DNA of 64,000 nt from an uncultured Candidatus Saccharibacteria bacterium (GTDB taxonomy: Bacteria; Patescibacteriota; Minisyncoccia; Phycocordibacterales; UBA12088): NCBI GenBank assembly GCA_964567265.1, contig CAZMLK010000001.1, forward strand, positions 262,574-326,573, in the 5' to 3' direction. The position numbers were made by a program, and so were the translations under genes. Position 1 is the stretch's first letter. Every line of letters begins with the position of its first letter. The notes below the pieces were generated by a model. The model had not been told where the DNA came from and did not search any database. It saw nothing but the letters and a program-made list of their open reading frames with translations. Below are positions 34,702 through 43,799 of the stretch, in pieces.

Positions 34702-35679
34702 GTGAATGCACGTACACTCGCGCTCTTCGCCGTATCTTTCGGTGTGGTCGCCATAATCGTTGGATTCCCATTCTTCGTACTCGGTCCGGGGTCCGTATTC
34801 TCGCTGCCACAACTTCGGAAGCCTGAGCCGGAAGCAGTCACCGTCATCTTTACGGGTGACGTGATGCTCGACCGCCAGATCAGGCTCCGCGGACTCCAGT
34901 TCGGGTATGATTCGCTGCTCGCCAATCTTGTGCCGCTTTTCAAATCAGCGGATGCGGTCCTCGTGAATCTCGAGGGGCCGATCACATCGACCTCGTCGGT
35001 GAGTGTCGGCACGATACCCGGTTCGGCTCTCAACTACTCGTTTACGTTTGCGACCGAGACTGCGCCGTTCCTTGCGCGCACGGGCATCACCTATGCATCT
35101 CTCGGCAACAACCACATCCTCAATCAAGGCTGGCAAGGACTCGCGGAGACTGAGGAGCATCTCGCCAATGCAGGAATCCGGTACTTCGGCGTGCCGGGGA
35201 GTGAAAATAGGCGGAGCGTGCTCTTCGAGAAGGACGGCATCCGCATCATATTTGTGAATCACAATGAATTCTGGCGGCCGAATGCGACCACAACGCTCCG
35301 AGCGGTCGCCGAAGCCAAGCGGAATGCGGACTTCGTTGTGATGTACGCACACTGGGGCAATGAGTACGAAAAAGAACCGCGCGAGGACCAGCGGCAGCTC
35401 GCGGAGGCGGCAGTCGCCGCAGGAGCGGATCTGGTCATCGGCTCGCATCCGCATGTGGTGCAGTCACACGAGCTTTTCCGTGGCGTGCCTATCTACTATT
35501 CGCTCGGCAATTTCGTCTTCGACCAGTACTGGAACAAGGAGGTGTCTTGCGGCCTCGTGCTCCGCATTTCTTTCCAGAAAGCGCGGCTCCTCCAGGTGGA
35601 AGAAGTGCCAGTCTCGCTCCACAAGAAGACCGGAGCGACCACGCTTGGGTGTGATCCAGAGCTCGCTCCGGGAGCATAG
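34702..35679 (+). CDS. CapA family protein (poly-gamma-glutamate synthesis-type metallophosphatase)
   Basis: GDVMLDR, NLEGP, GNNH, YAHWGNEY, GSHPHVVQ and YSLGNFVFDQ motifs. The apparent start is a GTG. Confidence 0.85.
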   Translation: MNARTLALFAVSFGVVAIIVGFPFFVLGPGSVFSLPQLRKPEPEAVTVIFTGDVMLDRQIRLRGLQFGYDSLLANLVPLFKSADAVLVNLEGPITSTSSVSVGTIPGSALNYSFTFATETAPFLARTGITYASLGNNHILNQGWQGLAETEEHLANAGIRYFGVPGSENRRSVLFEKDGIRIIFVNHNEFWRPNATTTLRAVAEAKRNADFVVMYAHWGNEYEKEPREDQRQLAEAAVAAGADLVIGSHPHVVQSHELFRGVPIYYSLGNFVFDQYWNKEVSCGLVLRISFQKARLLQVEEVPVSLHKKTGATTLGCDPELAPGA

Positions 35680-36034
35680 CGAAGGAGCGTATTTCGGAGC
35701 AGAAAAATTTTCCTCATGAAACTGTATTTTGTAAAGTAGGTCGCAAACGGGCCCGAAACTGCGGGCCCGTTTAGGAGGCAATTTGACATGCGCTTTGAAA
35801 AATTCTGCAGGGTAAAATTGGGGCTGTTATCCACACCCAGACCCAACTTTTAGAGATACAATACTCCTACAACCATCCCGATTCTGGAAACGGTTCGTGG
35901 CGAAGACCGTACGTTCTTGGATAAATAACAGACATGAGAGGCGTTCGATGCACGAAAAGGCATTGAGGCCGGGAGTCCCGTCGCCGATATTTCAAAATTC
36001 GCTTATCAACGGTGATTAACTGGTGGGAGACAAT

Positions 36035-38953
36035 ATGAGCATCACAATCACAAAGCGTGACGGCACGCGAGAACTATTCGACGCCGATAAGATCAACCAG
36101 TCTATCGCGCGCGCATGCGAAGGCCTTCCTGAGAAGGAGTCTTTGGTGATGCAGATCGCCTCAGAGACGCGCCTCACGATGTACGACGGCATGACGACGG
36201 AAGAGATGGATCGCGCCACCATCGACGCAGCTGTCCAGAACATCAAGGACGATCCTGCCTTCGACAAGGCCGCGACACGCCTTCTCCTCAAGACCATCTA
36301 CCGTCGCGCGCTCGGCGACTTCACCACGCACGAGGAGCTGAAGCGCCTCTACCGCGAGCAGTTCGTCGCCTATATCGAGAAGGGAGTCGCGCTCTCGCTC
36401 CTCGACAGCCGCCTCCAGAGCACCTACGACCTCGTCCGCATGGCCGAAGCCATCAATCCGGAACGCGACGAGCTCTTTACGTACACGGGCCTCGATACGC
36501 TCCTCAAGCGCTATTCGATCCGCGAGCACGGCGAGAAGCCGCTCGAGCCGCCGCAGTACGTCTTCATGCGCATCGCGATGGGCCTCGCGCTCAATGAATC
36601 CAATCCGAACGATTGGGCAATCCGCTTCTATGAGAAGATGTCGAAGCACGAGTACATCGCGGGCGGCTCGACCAACATCGGCGCCGGAACCACGAAGCCG
36701 AAGCTCTCGAACTGCTTCCTCATCGACATGCAGGACGACATGGAGAACATCTCCAAGTGCGTCGCCGACACGCTCTTGATTTCCAAGGCGACGGGCGGCA
36801 TCGGCATGACGGTCACCCGCATGCGCGCGAACGGCTCGCCGCTAGGCGCGTCGAACTCGGTCTCATCCGGTCCCGTCCCATTCCTCCACATCATCGACTC
36901 CTGCATCCATGCGATCGTGCGCGGCGGCAAGAAGAAGGGCGCCCTCTGCTTCTACATGGAGCCATGGCACCTCGATATCGATGACTTTTTGAACTTGAAG
37001 CAGAACGCGGGCGATGACTATCGCCGTACCCGGACCGCGAATACCGCCGTCTACATTCCCGACGAATTCATGCGCCGCGTCCGCGATGACGAGATGTGGT
37101 ATCTCTTCGACCCGAAGGAGACCTATGATCTCGTGGATCTCTATGGCGCCGCATTCGCGAAGCGCTACGCGACCTACGCGCAGATGGCAGAAGCGGGGCA
37201 TCTCCGCCTCTGGAAGAAGCTCCCGGCTGCTGAATTGTGGCGGAAGATCGTCGTATCCCTCCAGACCACCTCGCATCCGTGGATCACTTGGAAGGACACT
37301 ATCAACCTCCGCGCCCTCAACAACAATACCGGCACCATCAACGGATCGAACCTCTGCACCGAGATCACGCTCCCGCATGACCGCAACAACACGGCCGTCT
37401 GCAACCTCATCTCGCTCAACCTCGCGCGCCACATCCGGAACGGCGCCATCGAATGGCAGAAGCTCGAGCAAAGCGTGCGCCTCGGCATCCGCCAGCTCGA
37501 CAACCTGATCGACATCAACGTGCTCCCGATCCCGGAGGCCGTGAAGTCGGACAGCGAGAACCGCGCGATCGGCATGGGGGTCATGGGCGTCGCCGATGCG
37601 CTCGAGCAGCTCGCGCTTCCGTACGACTCCGAAGGTGCATACGATTTCGTCGACCGCATCATGGAGTTCGTGAGCTATATGGCGATCGATGAATCGACCC
37701 GCCTTGCCGAAGAGCGCGGCAACTACGCGAATTTCGAAGGTTCAGGCTGGTCGAAGGGAATGGTCCCGGTTGATACCGTCGGCCTCCTCGAGCTCGATCG
37801 CGGCCTTCCGGTCACCGTCAATAAGGCGAGCGCGCACCGCGGACTCGACTGGAACGTCCTCCGCGAGAAGGTGAAGAAGGGCATGCGGAACGCGACTCTG
37901 CTCGCGATCGCGCCGAACGCGAACATCGGCCTCGTCGCCGGAACGTCTCCGGGCATCGATCCGCGCTTCACGCAGATGTTCAGCCGCAGCAAGTACTCGG
38001 GGAAGTACATGGAAGTGAACCCGAACCTCGTGCACGCGCTCCGCGCGCGCGGCCTCTGGGAGAAGGTGCGTGACCGTATCCTCGAGGAGCATGGCGAGCT
38101 CACCAACATCGATGAGATCCCCGATGACATCAAGGCCGTCTACAAGACCTCGTTCATCCTTCCTGCGAACGCATTCATCGAGGTCGCTGCGCGCGCGCAG
38201 AAGTGGGTGGACCAGGCGATCAGCCGCAACATGTACCTCGCGACCCGCGACACCGACGAGACGATGAACATCTACATGAATGCATGGGAGAAGGGCTTGA
38301 AGACCACCTACTACCTCCACATGAAGCCGCGCCACACCGCCGAGCAGAGCACGGTCAAGGTCAACAAGTCGGTCCTTGTCGGCAAGAAGGGCTTCGGCGT
38401 CCTTACGGAGAACGAGAATGGAGATGTGCTCTCGCCGGTCGGATTCGCGCAGGTCTCTCTCGAGATGCCGGTCGCAGCGGGACGCGGTGAGATGAACGAA
38501 TCAACTGCGCCTGAACCGGAGCCCATGGCACCACCCGTCCCGACGATCCCGCAGCCGACTCCGCTTCCGGAAATCCCGATGCAGCCGAAAGGCCCAGCAC
38601 CGGTGACGCCGAACGCAGCAGGATTCGGCGCAGTCACACGCACGCCGGAGCGTCCGCTCATGAGCGTCGAGGATGCGATGTCGTTCCCGCTCGAACAGAA
38701 GAACGTGGTGACGGATGCAAAGAAAGGATTCGGCGCAGTCGCGACCGCGCCAATCGCTCCGATTGCCGCAGTCCCGCATTCATTCAATCCGCCACAGGCT
38801 TCGTATACGCCGCCGCAGCCCCGCGCAGAGACGCAGTCATTCAGCCAGCCGCAGGTCCGGCCCCAGACTCAGGTACGACAGCCGATCCAGGATCGCAATA
38901 CCGATGACCTGGTTGATCCGAATGAACTGAATGTTTGCGACTCTTGTCAGTAG
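36035..38953 (+). CDS. nrdA: ribonucleoside-diphosphate reductase alpha subunit, class Ia, with a long Pro/Gln-rich C-terminal extension
   Basis: N-terminal ATP-cone, catalytic NLCTEI, and a C-terminal CDSCQ redox tail. GGGAG SD upstream of ATG 36035. Confidence 0.95.
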   Translation: MSITITKRDGTRELFDADKINQSIARACEGLPEKESLVMQIASETRLTMYDGMTTEEMDRATIDAAVQNIKDDPAFDKAATRLLLKTIYRRALGDFTTHEELKRLYREQFVAYIEKGVALSLLDSRLQSTYDLVRMAEAINPERDELFTYTGLDTLLKRYSIREHGEKPLEPPQYVFMRIAMGLALNESNPNDWAIRFYEKMSKHEYIAGGSTNIGAGTTKPKLSNCFLIDMQDDMENISKCVADTLLISKATGGIGMTVTRMRANGSPLGASNSVSSGPVPFLHIIDSCIHAIVRGGKKKGALCFYMEPWHLDIDDFLNLKQNAGDDYRRTRTANTAVYIPDEFMRRVRDDEMWYLFDPKETYDLVDLYGAAFAKRYATYAQMAEAGHLRLWKKLPAAELWRKIVVSLQTTSHPWITWKDTINLRALNNNTGTINGSNLCTEITLPHDRNNTAVCNLISLNLARHIRNGAIEWQKLEQSVRLGIRQLDNLIDINVLPIPEAVKSDSENRAIGMGVMGVADALEQLALPYDSEGAYDFVDRIMEFVSYMAIDESTRLAEERGNYANFEGSGWSKGMVPVDTVGLLELDRGLPVTVNKASAHRGLDWNVLREKVKKGMRNATLLAIAPNANIGLVAGTSPGIDPRFTQMFSRSKYSGKYMEVNPNLVHALRARGLWEKVRDRILEEHGELTNIDEIPDDIKAVYKTSFILPANAFIEVAARAQKWVDQAISRNMYLATRDTDETMNIYMNAWEKGLKTTYYLHMKPRHTAEQSTVKVNKSVLVGKKGFGVLTENENGDVLSPVGFAQVSLEMPVAAGRGEMNESTAPEPEPMAPPVPTIPQPTPLPEIPMQPKGPAPVTPNAAGFGAVTRTPERPLMSVEDAMSFPLEQKNVVTDAKKGFGAVATAPIAPIAAVPHSFNPPQASYTPPQPRAETQSFSQPQVRPQTQVRQPIQDRNTDDLVDPNELNVCDSCQ

Positions 38954-38992
38954 CGATTCAAATAAGAAAACTACCAATTAATCCAAAGGCTT

Positions 38993-40012
38993 ATGATCCT
39001 CGGAAAACCACGTGAGAAAGACATGTCGCTCCGGCCCATCCAGTACCAGTGGGCGTACGACCTGTACAACCAGGCGGTCGCGAACACTTGGTTCCCGCAC
39101 GAGATCGCGCTCGGCGAGGATCTCCGCGACTGGGAGACCATGACCGAGGATGAGCGCTACGCAGTGACCTTCCTCCTCAGCTTCTTCAATCCGGCTGAGC
39201 TCATTGTGAACCGCTCGCTCGCGCTCGGCCTCTATCCATATCTCCGCGCGCCAGAGACGCACATCTACCTCGCGAAGCAGATGTGGGAGGAAGCGAATCA
39301 TGCGGTCGCCTTCGAATACGTGCTTGAAACATTTCCCGTCGACCGCGAGAAGGTGTTCAACCAGCACGCAGAAATCCCGTCGATGATGGCGAAGGAAGCA
39401 TTCCTCCACAAATATTTGGAGCGGATGACGGATCTCAATCTCGACATCACCAGCGTCGCAGGCAAGCAGGACTTCGTACGCAACCTCGTCGCCTACAACA
39501 TCGTGATGGAAGGCATCTGGTTCTATTCCGGCTTCATGGTCGCGCTCTCGTTCCGCCAGCGGAACCAGCTCCGCAACTTCGGCTCGATGGTTGACTGGGT
39601 GCTCCGCGATGAATCCCTGCACCTCAAGTTCGGCATCAACATCGTCCTCACCGTCCTTGAAGAGAATCCGGAGATCGTGACGCAGGAATTCGCGAACGAG
39701 ATCCAGCAGATCATCATCGAGGGCGTGCAGATCGAATCGAACTACAACCGCGATCTCTTCCCGCGCGGCATCCTCGGACTCAACGCAGACTACGTGAACC
39801 AGTACGTGCAGTATGTCGCCGACCGCCGCCTCGAGGAGCTCGGCTTCCAGCCGCACTTCAAGGTCACGAACCCGGCGAAGTGGATGTCGACCGCGACGGA
39901 CGTCCTCGAGCTCGTGAACTTCTTCGAGTCGCAAAACACCAGCTACGAAGTCGATGTCCGCGCCCACAAGGCAAGCGACGCGGCCGAAAAGGAGCCGGTA
40001 TCAGCGGAGTAG
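38993..40012 (+). CDS. nrdB: ribonucleoside-diphosphate reductase beta subunit, class Ia
   Basis: Ferritin-like di-iron ligands (EANHAVAFEY ... EGIWFYSGF) and the radical-site region. Confidence 0.95.
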   Translation: MILGKPREKDMSLRPIQYQWAYDLYNQAVANTWFPHEIALGEDLRDWETMTEDERYAVTFLLSFFNPAELIVNRSLALGLYPYLRAPETHIYLAKQMWEEANHAVAFEYVLETFPVDREKVFNQHAEIPSMMAKEAFLHKYLERMTDLNLDITSVAGKQDFVRNLVAYNIVMEGIWFYSGFMVALSFRQRNQLRNFGSMVDWVLRDESLHLKFGINIVLTVLEENPEIVTQEFANEIQQIIIEGVQIESNYNRDLFPRGILGLNADYVNQYVQYVADRRLEELGFQPHFKVTNPAKWMSTATDVLELVNFFESQNTSYEVDVRAHKASDAAEKEPVSAE

Positions 40013-40035
40013 TGGAGGTACGTATTTAAAAAAAT

Positions 40036-40070
40036 GAAAAACCCCCGAAATATGTCTTTCGGGGGCTTGT
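40036..40070. terminator. bidirectional terminator
   Basis: CCCCCGAAA tatgtc TTTCGGGGG with an A-run on the left and T-rich sequence on the right. Confidence 0.65.
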
Positions 40071-40073
40071 CGC

Positions 40074-40385
40074 TTATTGACCGCCGTTGGGGCCGGTCGC
40101 TGGTTTTTTTGGAAAATGAACTGATGGGGGGTACGGGTACCCAGCCTCGCGCGGGTCTACTCGTTCAATTGAGCCGTGACTTCTATCCGTGGACGGATTG
40201 ATGTCCGCGATGTACAGGAAGCGAGGTGCTCCCTCTAGTTCGACCAGGCGCTCACTAGAAGTGAAGATGTAGCCGGCCGGCGCTCTCCGCTTCGAAACAA
40301 TACGACCTCTTCGTTCGCGGATGCCGCCATTCGTTATGTAGACAAGATCTCCGATGCAGAAGCGACGCGTGCTCGCAGTTTTCAT
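40074..40385 (-). CDS. hypothetical protein
   Basis: 103-aa ORF followed on the minus strand by the terminator. Poor SD spacing lowers confidence. Confidence 0.3.
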   Translation of the reverse strand: MKTASTRRFCIGDLVYITNGGIRERRGRIVSKRRAPAGYIFTSSERLVELEGAPRFLYIADINPSTDRSHGSIERVDPREAGYPYPPSVHFPKKPATGPNGGQ

Positions 40386-40456
40386 TCCTTAGATCCTCAC
40401 CTGGTTCCAAAGAAAACCGTACGTGAGATTCCACCGAGTGTCAAAGGAAATGAGAA

Positions 40457-40479
40457 GGGCCCGCGCGAAGCGCGGGCCC
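40457..40479 (-). terminator. GC hairpin terminator of small-membrane-protein paralog A (repeat copy 1)
   Basis: GGGCCCGCGC gaa GCGCGGGCCC lies 21 nt after the stop of paralog A. The same hairpin recurs at 40844. Confidence 0.55.
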
Positions 40480-40499
40480 GGTTACGCTGATGCAATGCG

Positions 40500-40760
40500 T
40501 CAGTAGTGTCGATGTGTGCGAGCGTCATGGTTCCGATGAGCAAGACAGTCGATGGCCCATGCAAGTGCGCCGATGAGCGCGGTAACAATGAGGCAGAAGA
40601 TGATGAGCGGGCTGTATGCTGACAGCCACCAGGCGAAGTCTCTCTCGGGTATTCCAAGAAGAAACGCAGTGACAGGTTCCGCTGTCATGGTCTCCGCTAG
40701 ATGAAGGCCGAAGATAATGACGAATCCGACGAAGATGAGCCGCCAAAGTGCTCCGATCAT
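40500..40760 (-). CDS. small two-TM membrane protein, paralog A of a tandem pair
   Basis: 87 aa starting at MIGALWRLIF. The GIPERDF motif is shared with paralog B. SD AGGGGG upstream. Confidence 0.55.
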   Translation of the reverse strand: MIGALWRLIFVGFVIIFGLHLAETMTAEPVTAFLLGIPERDFAWWLSAYSPLIIFCLIVTALIGALAWAIDCLAHRNHDARTHRHY

Positions 40761-40793
40761 TCCGTGCCCCCTTAGTTGGTACGAACTTCGACC

Positions 40794-40822
40794 ATATAAC
40801 CATATATACGAGTATATGTCAA
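40794..40822 (-). promoter_or_regulatory. sigma70-type promoter of paralog A (TTGACA-17-TTATAT on the minus strand)
   Basis: Same architecture and spacing as the promoter at 41192-41220. Confidence 0.55.
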
Positions 40823-40843
40823 TGGTTTGGCATGTAGGAAAAT

Positions 40844-40864
40844 GGCCCGCGCGAAGCGCGGGCC
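40844..40864 (-). terminator. GC hairpin terminator of paralog B (repeat copy 2)
   Basis: GGCCCGCGC gaa GCGCGGGCC lies 16 nt after the stop of paralog B, followed by TTTTCC on the minus strand. Confidence 0.55.
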
Positions 40865-40879
40865 GGAGGCTGAATGAGC

Positions 40880-41158
40880 TCATTTGTTCCGAGACCTGTC
40901 GATATTGCGGACGCGGTCCATGAGTTGCTCATACTGGTTAATACGGTCGAAACCCCACGCGACGATGCCGATGATTCCGACCAGTGCGAACACGAGGAAA
41001 CTGAGCGAGCCGTATTCATACTGCCAATCGTAGAAGTCCCTCTCAGAGATTCTCAGTATGAATGGGGTCAAAGGCACTGTAGTCATAATCTCCGCCAAGT
41101 ACAGACCGACGATGGGCGTGAGTACAATCAGAATGAAACGCCAGATGAATCCGAGCAT
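40880..41158 (-). CDS. small two-TM membrane protein, paralog B of a tandem pair
   Basis: 92 aa with two TM helices, a RISERDF motif and a charged C-terminal tail. SD AAGGA is 8 nt upstream. Confidence 0.55.
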   Translation of the reverse strand: MLGFIWRFILIVLTPIVGLYLAEIMTTVPLTPFILRISERDFYDWQYEYGSLSFLVFALVGIIGIVAWGFDRINQYEQLMDRVRNIDRSRNK

Positions 41159-41191
41159 TTCTCTATCCTTCCGGTTGCTATAACTTTGGCA

Positions 41192-41220
41192 ATATAACCA
41201 TAGATAAAACGTACTGTCAA
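41192..41220 (-). promoter_or_regulatory. sigma70-type promoter of paralog B (TTGACA-17-TTATAT on the minus strand)
   Basis: -35 at 41215-41220 and -10 at 41192-41197 read on the minus strand. Confidence 0.55.
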
Positions 41221-41293
41221 TTTTTTTGTGGGTACCGCATGGCGCTACCCATTCGGAATCTAAAATGCGCAGCTTTGTGCTAAGGTGTCATGG

Positions 41294-42466
41294 ATGACCG
41301 AATTCTCATACGAAATACTGAAGCGAAAAGGTAATGCCCGTGCAGGCATCATTCATACCCCGCATGGCGATATCGAGACGCCGGCTTTCGTCGCGGTCGG
41401 CACCAAGGGCACGGTGAAGGCGCTCACGCCCGAGATGCTGGAGTCCCTCGGCTCCCAGATCATCCTTTCGAATACCTACCATCTCTACCTCCAGCCGGGC
41501 GATGAGACCGTCCGTGACGCGGGCGGTCTCCATAAATTCGCCAACTGGGACAAGCCGTTCATGACGGATTCTGGTGGCTTCCAGGTATTCTCGCTCGGCG
41601 CTGCCTACGGGAAGCAGCTCACCAAGATCGCGAAGGAGGCGATTCCGGATGAATCGAGCACGCCTGCAATCTACGACGAGGATATCGCGACACAGCACGG
41701 CCAGCTCGCGATTATCGATGAAGAGGGTGTCACCTTTACCTCGCACATCAATGGCAGCCTCCATCGCTTCACGCCGGAGCGCTCGATCGAGATCCAGCAT
41801 AATCTCGGAGCAGACATCATCGTCGCATTCGACGAATGCACGTCGGCAACGGCTTCGAAGGACTATCAGCATGAAGCGATGGATCGCACGCATCGGTGGG
41901 CAGAACGCTCCTGGAAAGCGCACAAGCAGAATCTGGATGCGTCCCGAAAGCAGGCGCTCTTTGGTGTCGTCCAAGGCGGACGATTCGAAGATCTCCGGCG
42001 TGAAAGTGCAAAGGCAATTGCCGACATGCCATTTGATGGATTCTGCATCGGCGGTTCATATGTGAAGGAAGACCTCGACACCGCCGTCGGCTGGGTATGC
42101 GAGGAATTGCCTGAAGACCGCCCACGTCATCTCCTTGGTATCGGTGAGCCGTCGGACCTCGTCTCAGGAATCGCGAAAGGTGTCGACATGTTCGACTGCG
42201 TCGCGCCGACGCGCATAGGCAGGAATGGCTGCGTGTACTCCAAAGCAGGGAAGTTAAATCTTTTGAATGCAAAATTTGTCCGCGACTTCGGTCCGCTGGA
42301 CGAAGGGTGCAGCTGCTACGCCTGCCGGAACTACTCCCGCGCGTACATCGCGCATCTTTTCCGCGCAGACGAGATGCTCGCAGCCGTCCTCGCCAGCATC
42401 CACAACATCCATTTCATCGTGAACCTCGTCAAAGCAGAGCGCGAGAAGATATTGATGATGAGATAG
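41294..42466 (+). CDS. tgt: queuine tRNA-ribosyltransferase (tRNA-guanine transglycosylase)
   Basis: ARAGIIHTPHGDIETPAFVAVGT, DCVAPTR and CSCYAC zinc-site motifs. ATG at 41294 with SD AAGGTG. Confidence 0.95.
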   Translation: MTEFSYEILKRKGNARAGIIHTPHGDIETPAFVAVGTKGTVKALTPEMLESLGSQIILSNTYHLYLQPGDETVRDAGGLHKFANWDKPFMTDSGGFQVFSLGAAYGKQLTKIAKEAIPDESSTPAIYDEDIATQHGQLAIIDEEGVTFTSHINGSLHRFTPERSIEIQHNLGADIIVAFDECTSATASKDYQHEAMDRTHRWAERSWKAHKQNLDASRKQALFGVVQGGRFEDLRRESAKAIADMPFDGFCIGGSYVKEDLDTAVGWVCEELPEDRPRHLLGIGEPSDLVSGIAKGVDMFDCVAPTRIGRNGCVYSKAGKLNLLNAKFVRDFGPLDEGCSCYACRNYSRAYIAHLFRADEMLAAVLASIHNIHFIVNLVKAEREKILMMR

Positions 42467-42530
42467 CTTTTCGGAGGAGCTTCTCGAAGCATACCCTCTC
42501 ACTATCCACAGTTTTCTGTTCTAATGCCAT

Positions 42531-42558
42531 TTGCAACATTCGCGCACAGCGGTAGAAT
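42531..42558 (+). promoter_or_regulatory. sigma70-like promoter TTGCAA-16-TAGAAT
   Basis: Lies upstream of a structured non-coding segment. Confidence 0.45.
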
Positions 42559-42564
42559 GATATG

Positions 42565-42736
42565 GCTGAAGCGTGGATTGGTTTTATGAGCAATCATTAT
42601 TAGAAGTAGGGGCTCTTATCTTGATTGCGAAGTATCAGGGGTAAAACCTTAAATGCTTCAGCAAAACATTGCGGTATCGGTCTTCTAACGATGACTTGTG
42701 CCTTGATGCTTCGCAATCAGTACGAGAGCCTTTTTA
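42565..42736 (+). ncRNA. candidate structured small RNA (promoter plus long imperfect hairpin plus T-run), family unknown
   Basis: 5' arm 42609-42640 pairs with 3' arm 42701-42730, including GATTGCGAAGyATCA on both arms. An outer GGCTCT/AGAGCC pair closes the stem, followed by TTTTT. No convincing ORF. Confidence 0.3.
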
Positions 42737-43111
42737 ATTCCTCCTCAAAGTTCCCATGAGGGGGCGTTAGAAATAGTAGGGCACCCCCCCCTGTACCCTC
42801 GAATGTTGCACGTTACGCGACTGCATCATGGGAAAATATTTTCTCAGGTGTTTCCCGGGTGAGAACGGCACGGTTTGCTGTGAACATCCAAATGGCAGCT
42901 GGATTTGCTTTCCAGCTGGAAATGCAAAAGACCCGTCAAACGACGAGTCTCTCGCATAAGTCTGGCGACTTCACAACGCTCCCTACGGGGAGCTTTGTGT
43001 TTTTATTTTACCCTGCTTCGCATGAAGCAGAGATGTGCACTTTACCGTATTTGGGGATAGCTACGCAAATCAATTTTGTCTACCTGTCTTTATGGAATAG
43101 GTACCAAAATG

Positions 43112-43140
43112 TTGACTGATTAGCTAAATACTTGTATAAC
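43112..43140 (+). promoter_or_regulatory. sigma70-like promoter TTGACT-17-TATAAC
   Basis: About 35 nt upstream of the GGAGG SD and ATG 43176. Confidence 0.5.
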
Positions 43141-43175
43141 CCCTATAGCACAATTTCGTGCGCGGAGGTTATTCG

Positions 43176-43736
43176 ATGCCAAGAGGAAAAAAAGCCACTG
43201 GGGCGGATGCGAACAAGCAAGGCACTGCAGTAATAGGCAACGGGGCGCCGAGGCCAAGACGGCCGAGAGTTAATCCAGAAACCGCAGTATTGCCGCTTGT
43301 AAATGTTCCTGCACGCGACACGGTCGATGAGATCCCGGCCGATTCCGTGGTTGCGGAGGAAAATCCAGATTTCACAGCGGGCGAACGAGACGGTCTCGTC
43401 GAAAGGGTGGAGCTGCTCTCGAGTGAACTGGTAGGGCGCGACAGCACTATCGAAACCCTGCGTGCGGAAATTGCCACACTCAAGATGGAGAATGCATCTT
43501 TTCGAGAAGAAGGTACCACCGGCGGAATCCAGTTCGCAGTCCTGAAGACCGCTGCTCTGATGCTCCTATTTCCGAACGGCATCTCAAAAAAAAGAGCGGG
43601 TGAGCTGAGACAGGCGTACATTCATGCTCCCAAAAGTATGGCGAGCAAGGAGGTCTTAGCAGCAATCATCTGGCTCATCAGAGAGGCATACGAACAGGAG
43701 TTGCTGGAGGAATTTCCAGAAGCCGGACACGTGTGA
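43176..43736 (+). CDS. hypothetical protein with a basic N-terminus and a coiled-coil
   Basis: GGAGG lies 7 nt upstream of ATG 43176. Low GC. No recognisable domain. Confidence 0.55.
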   Translation: MPRGKKATGADANKQGTAVIGNGAPRPRRPRVNPETAVLPLVNVPARDTVDEIPADSVVAEENPDFTAGERDGLVERVELLSSELVGRDSTIETLRAEIATLKMENASFREEGTTGGIQFAVLKTAALMLLFPNGISKKRAGELRQAYIHAPKSMASKEVLAAIIWLIREAYEQELLEEFPEAGHV

Positions 43737-43752
43737 CATCCTGAATCACTGC

Positions 43753-43792
43753 GGCCGACACGAACCATATGGTTCGTGTCGGCCTTTTTTAT
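43753..43792 (+). terminator. rho-independent terminator
   Basis: GGCCGACACGAACC atat GGTTCGTGTCGGCC followed by TTTTTT. Confidence 0.75.
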
Positions 43793-43799
43793 TTGACAG

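Noticed and set aside
38978-39967. 329-aa minus-strand ORF
   Set aside because: Antisense to nrdB, which has unmistakable ferritin-like di-iron motifs.
42859-43119. 86-aa ORF inside the tgt-downstream islet
   Set aside because: GTG start, no SD, and it spans the hairpin or terminator-like structures (42896-42918, 42978-43010). More likely non-coding.
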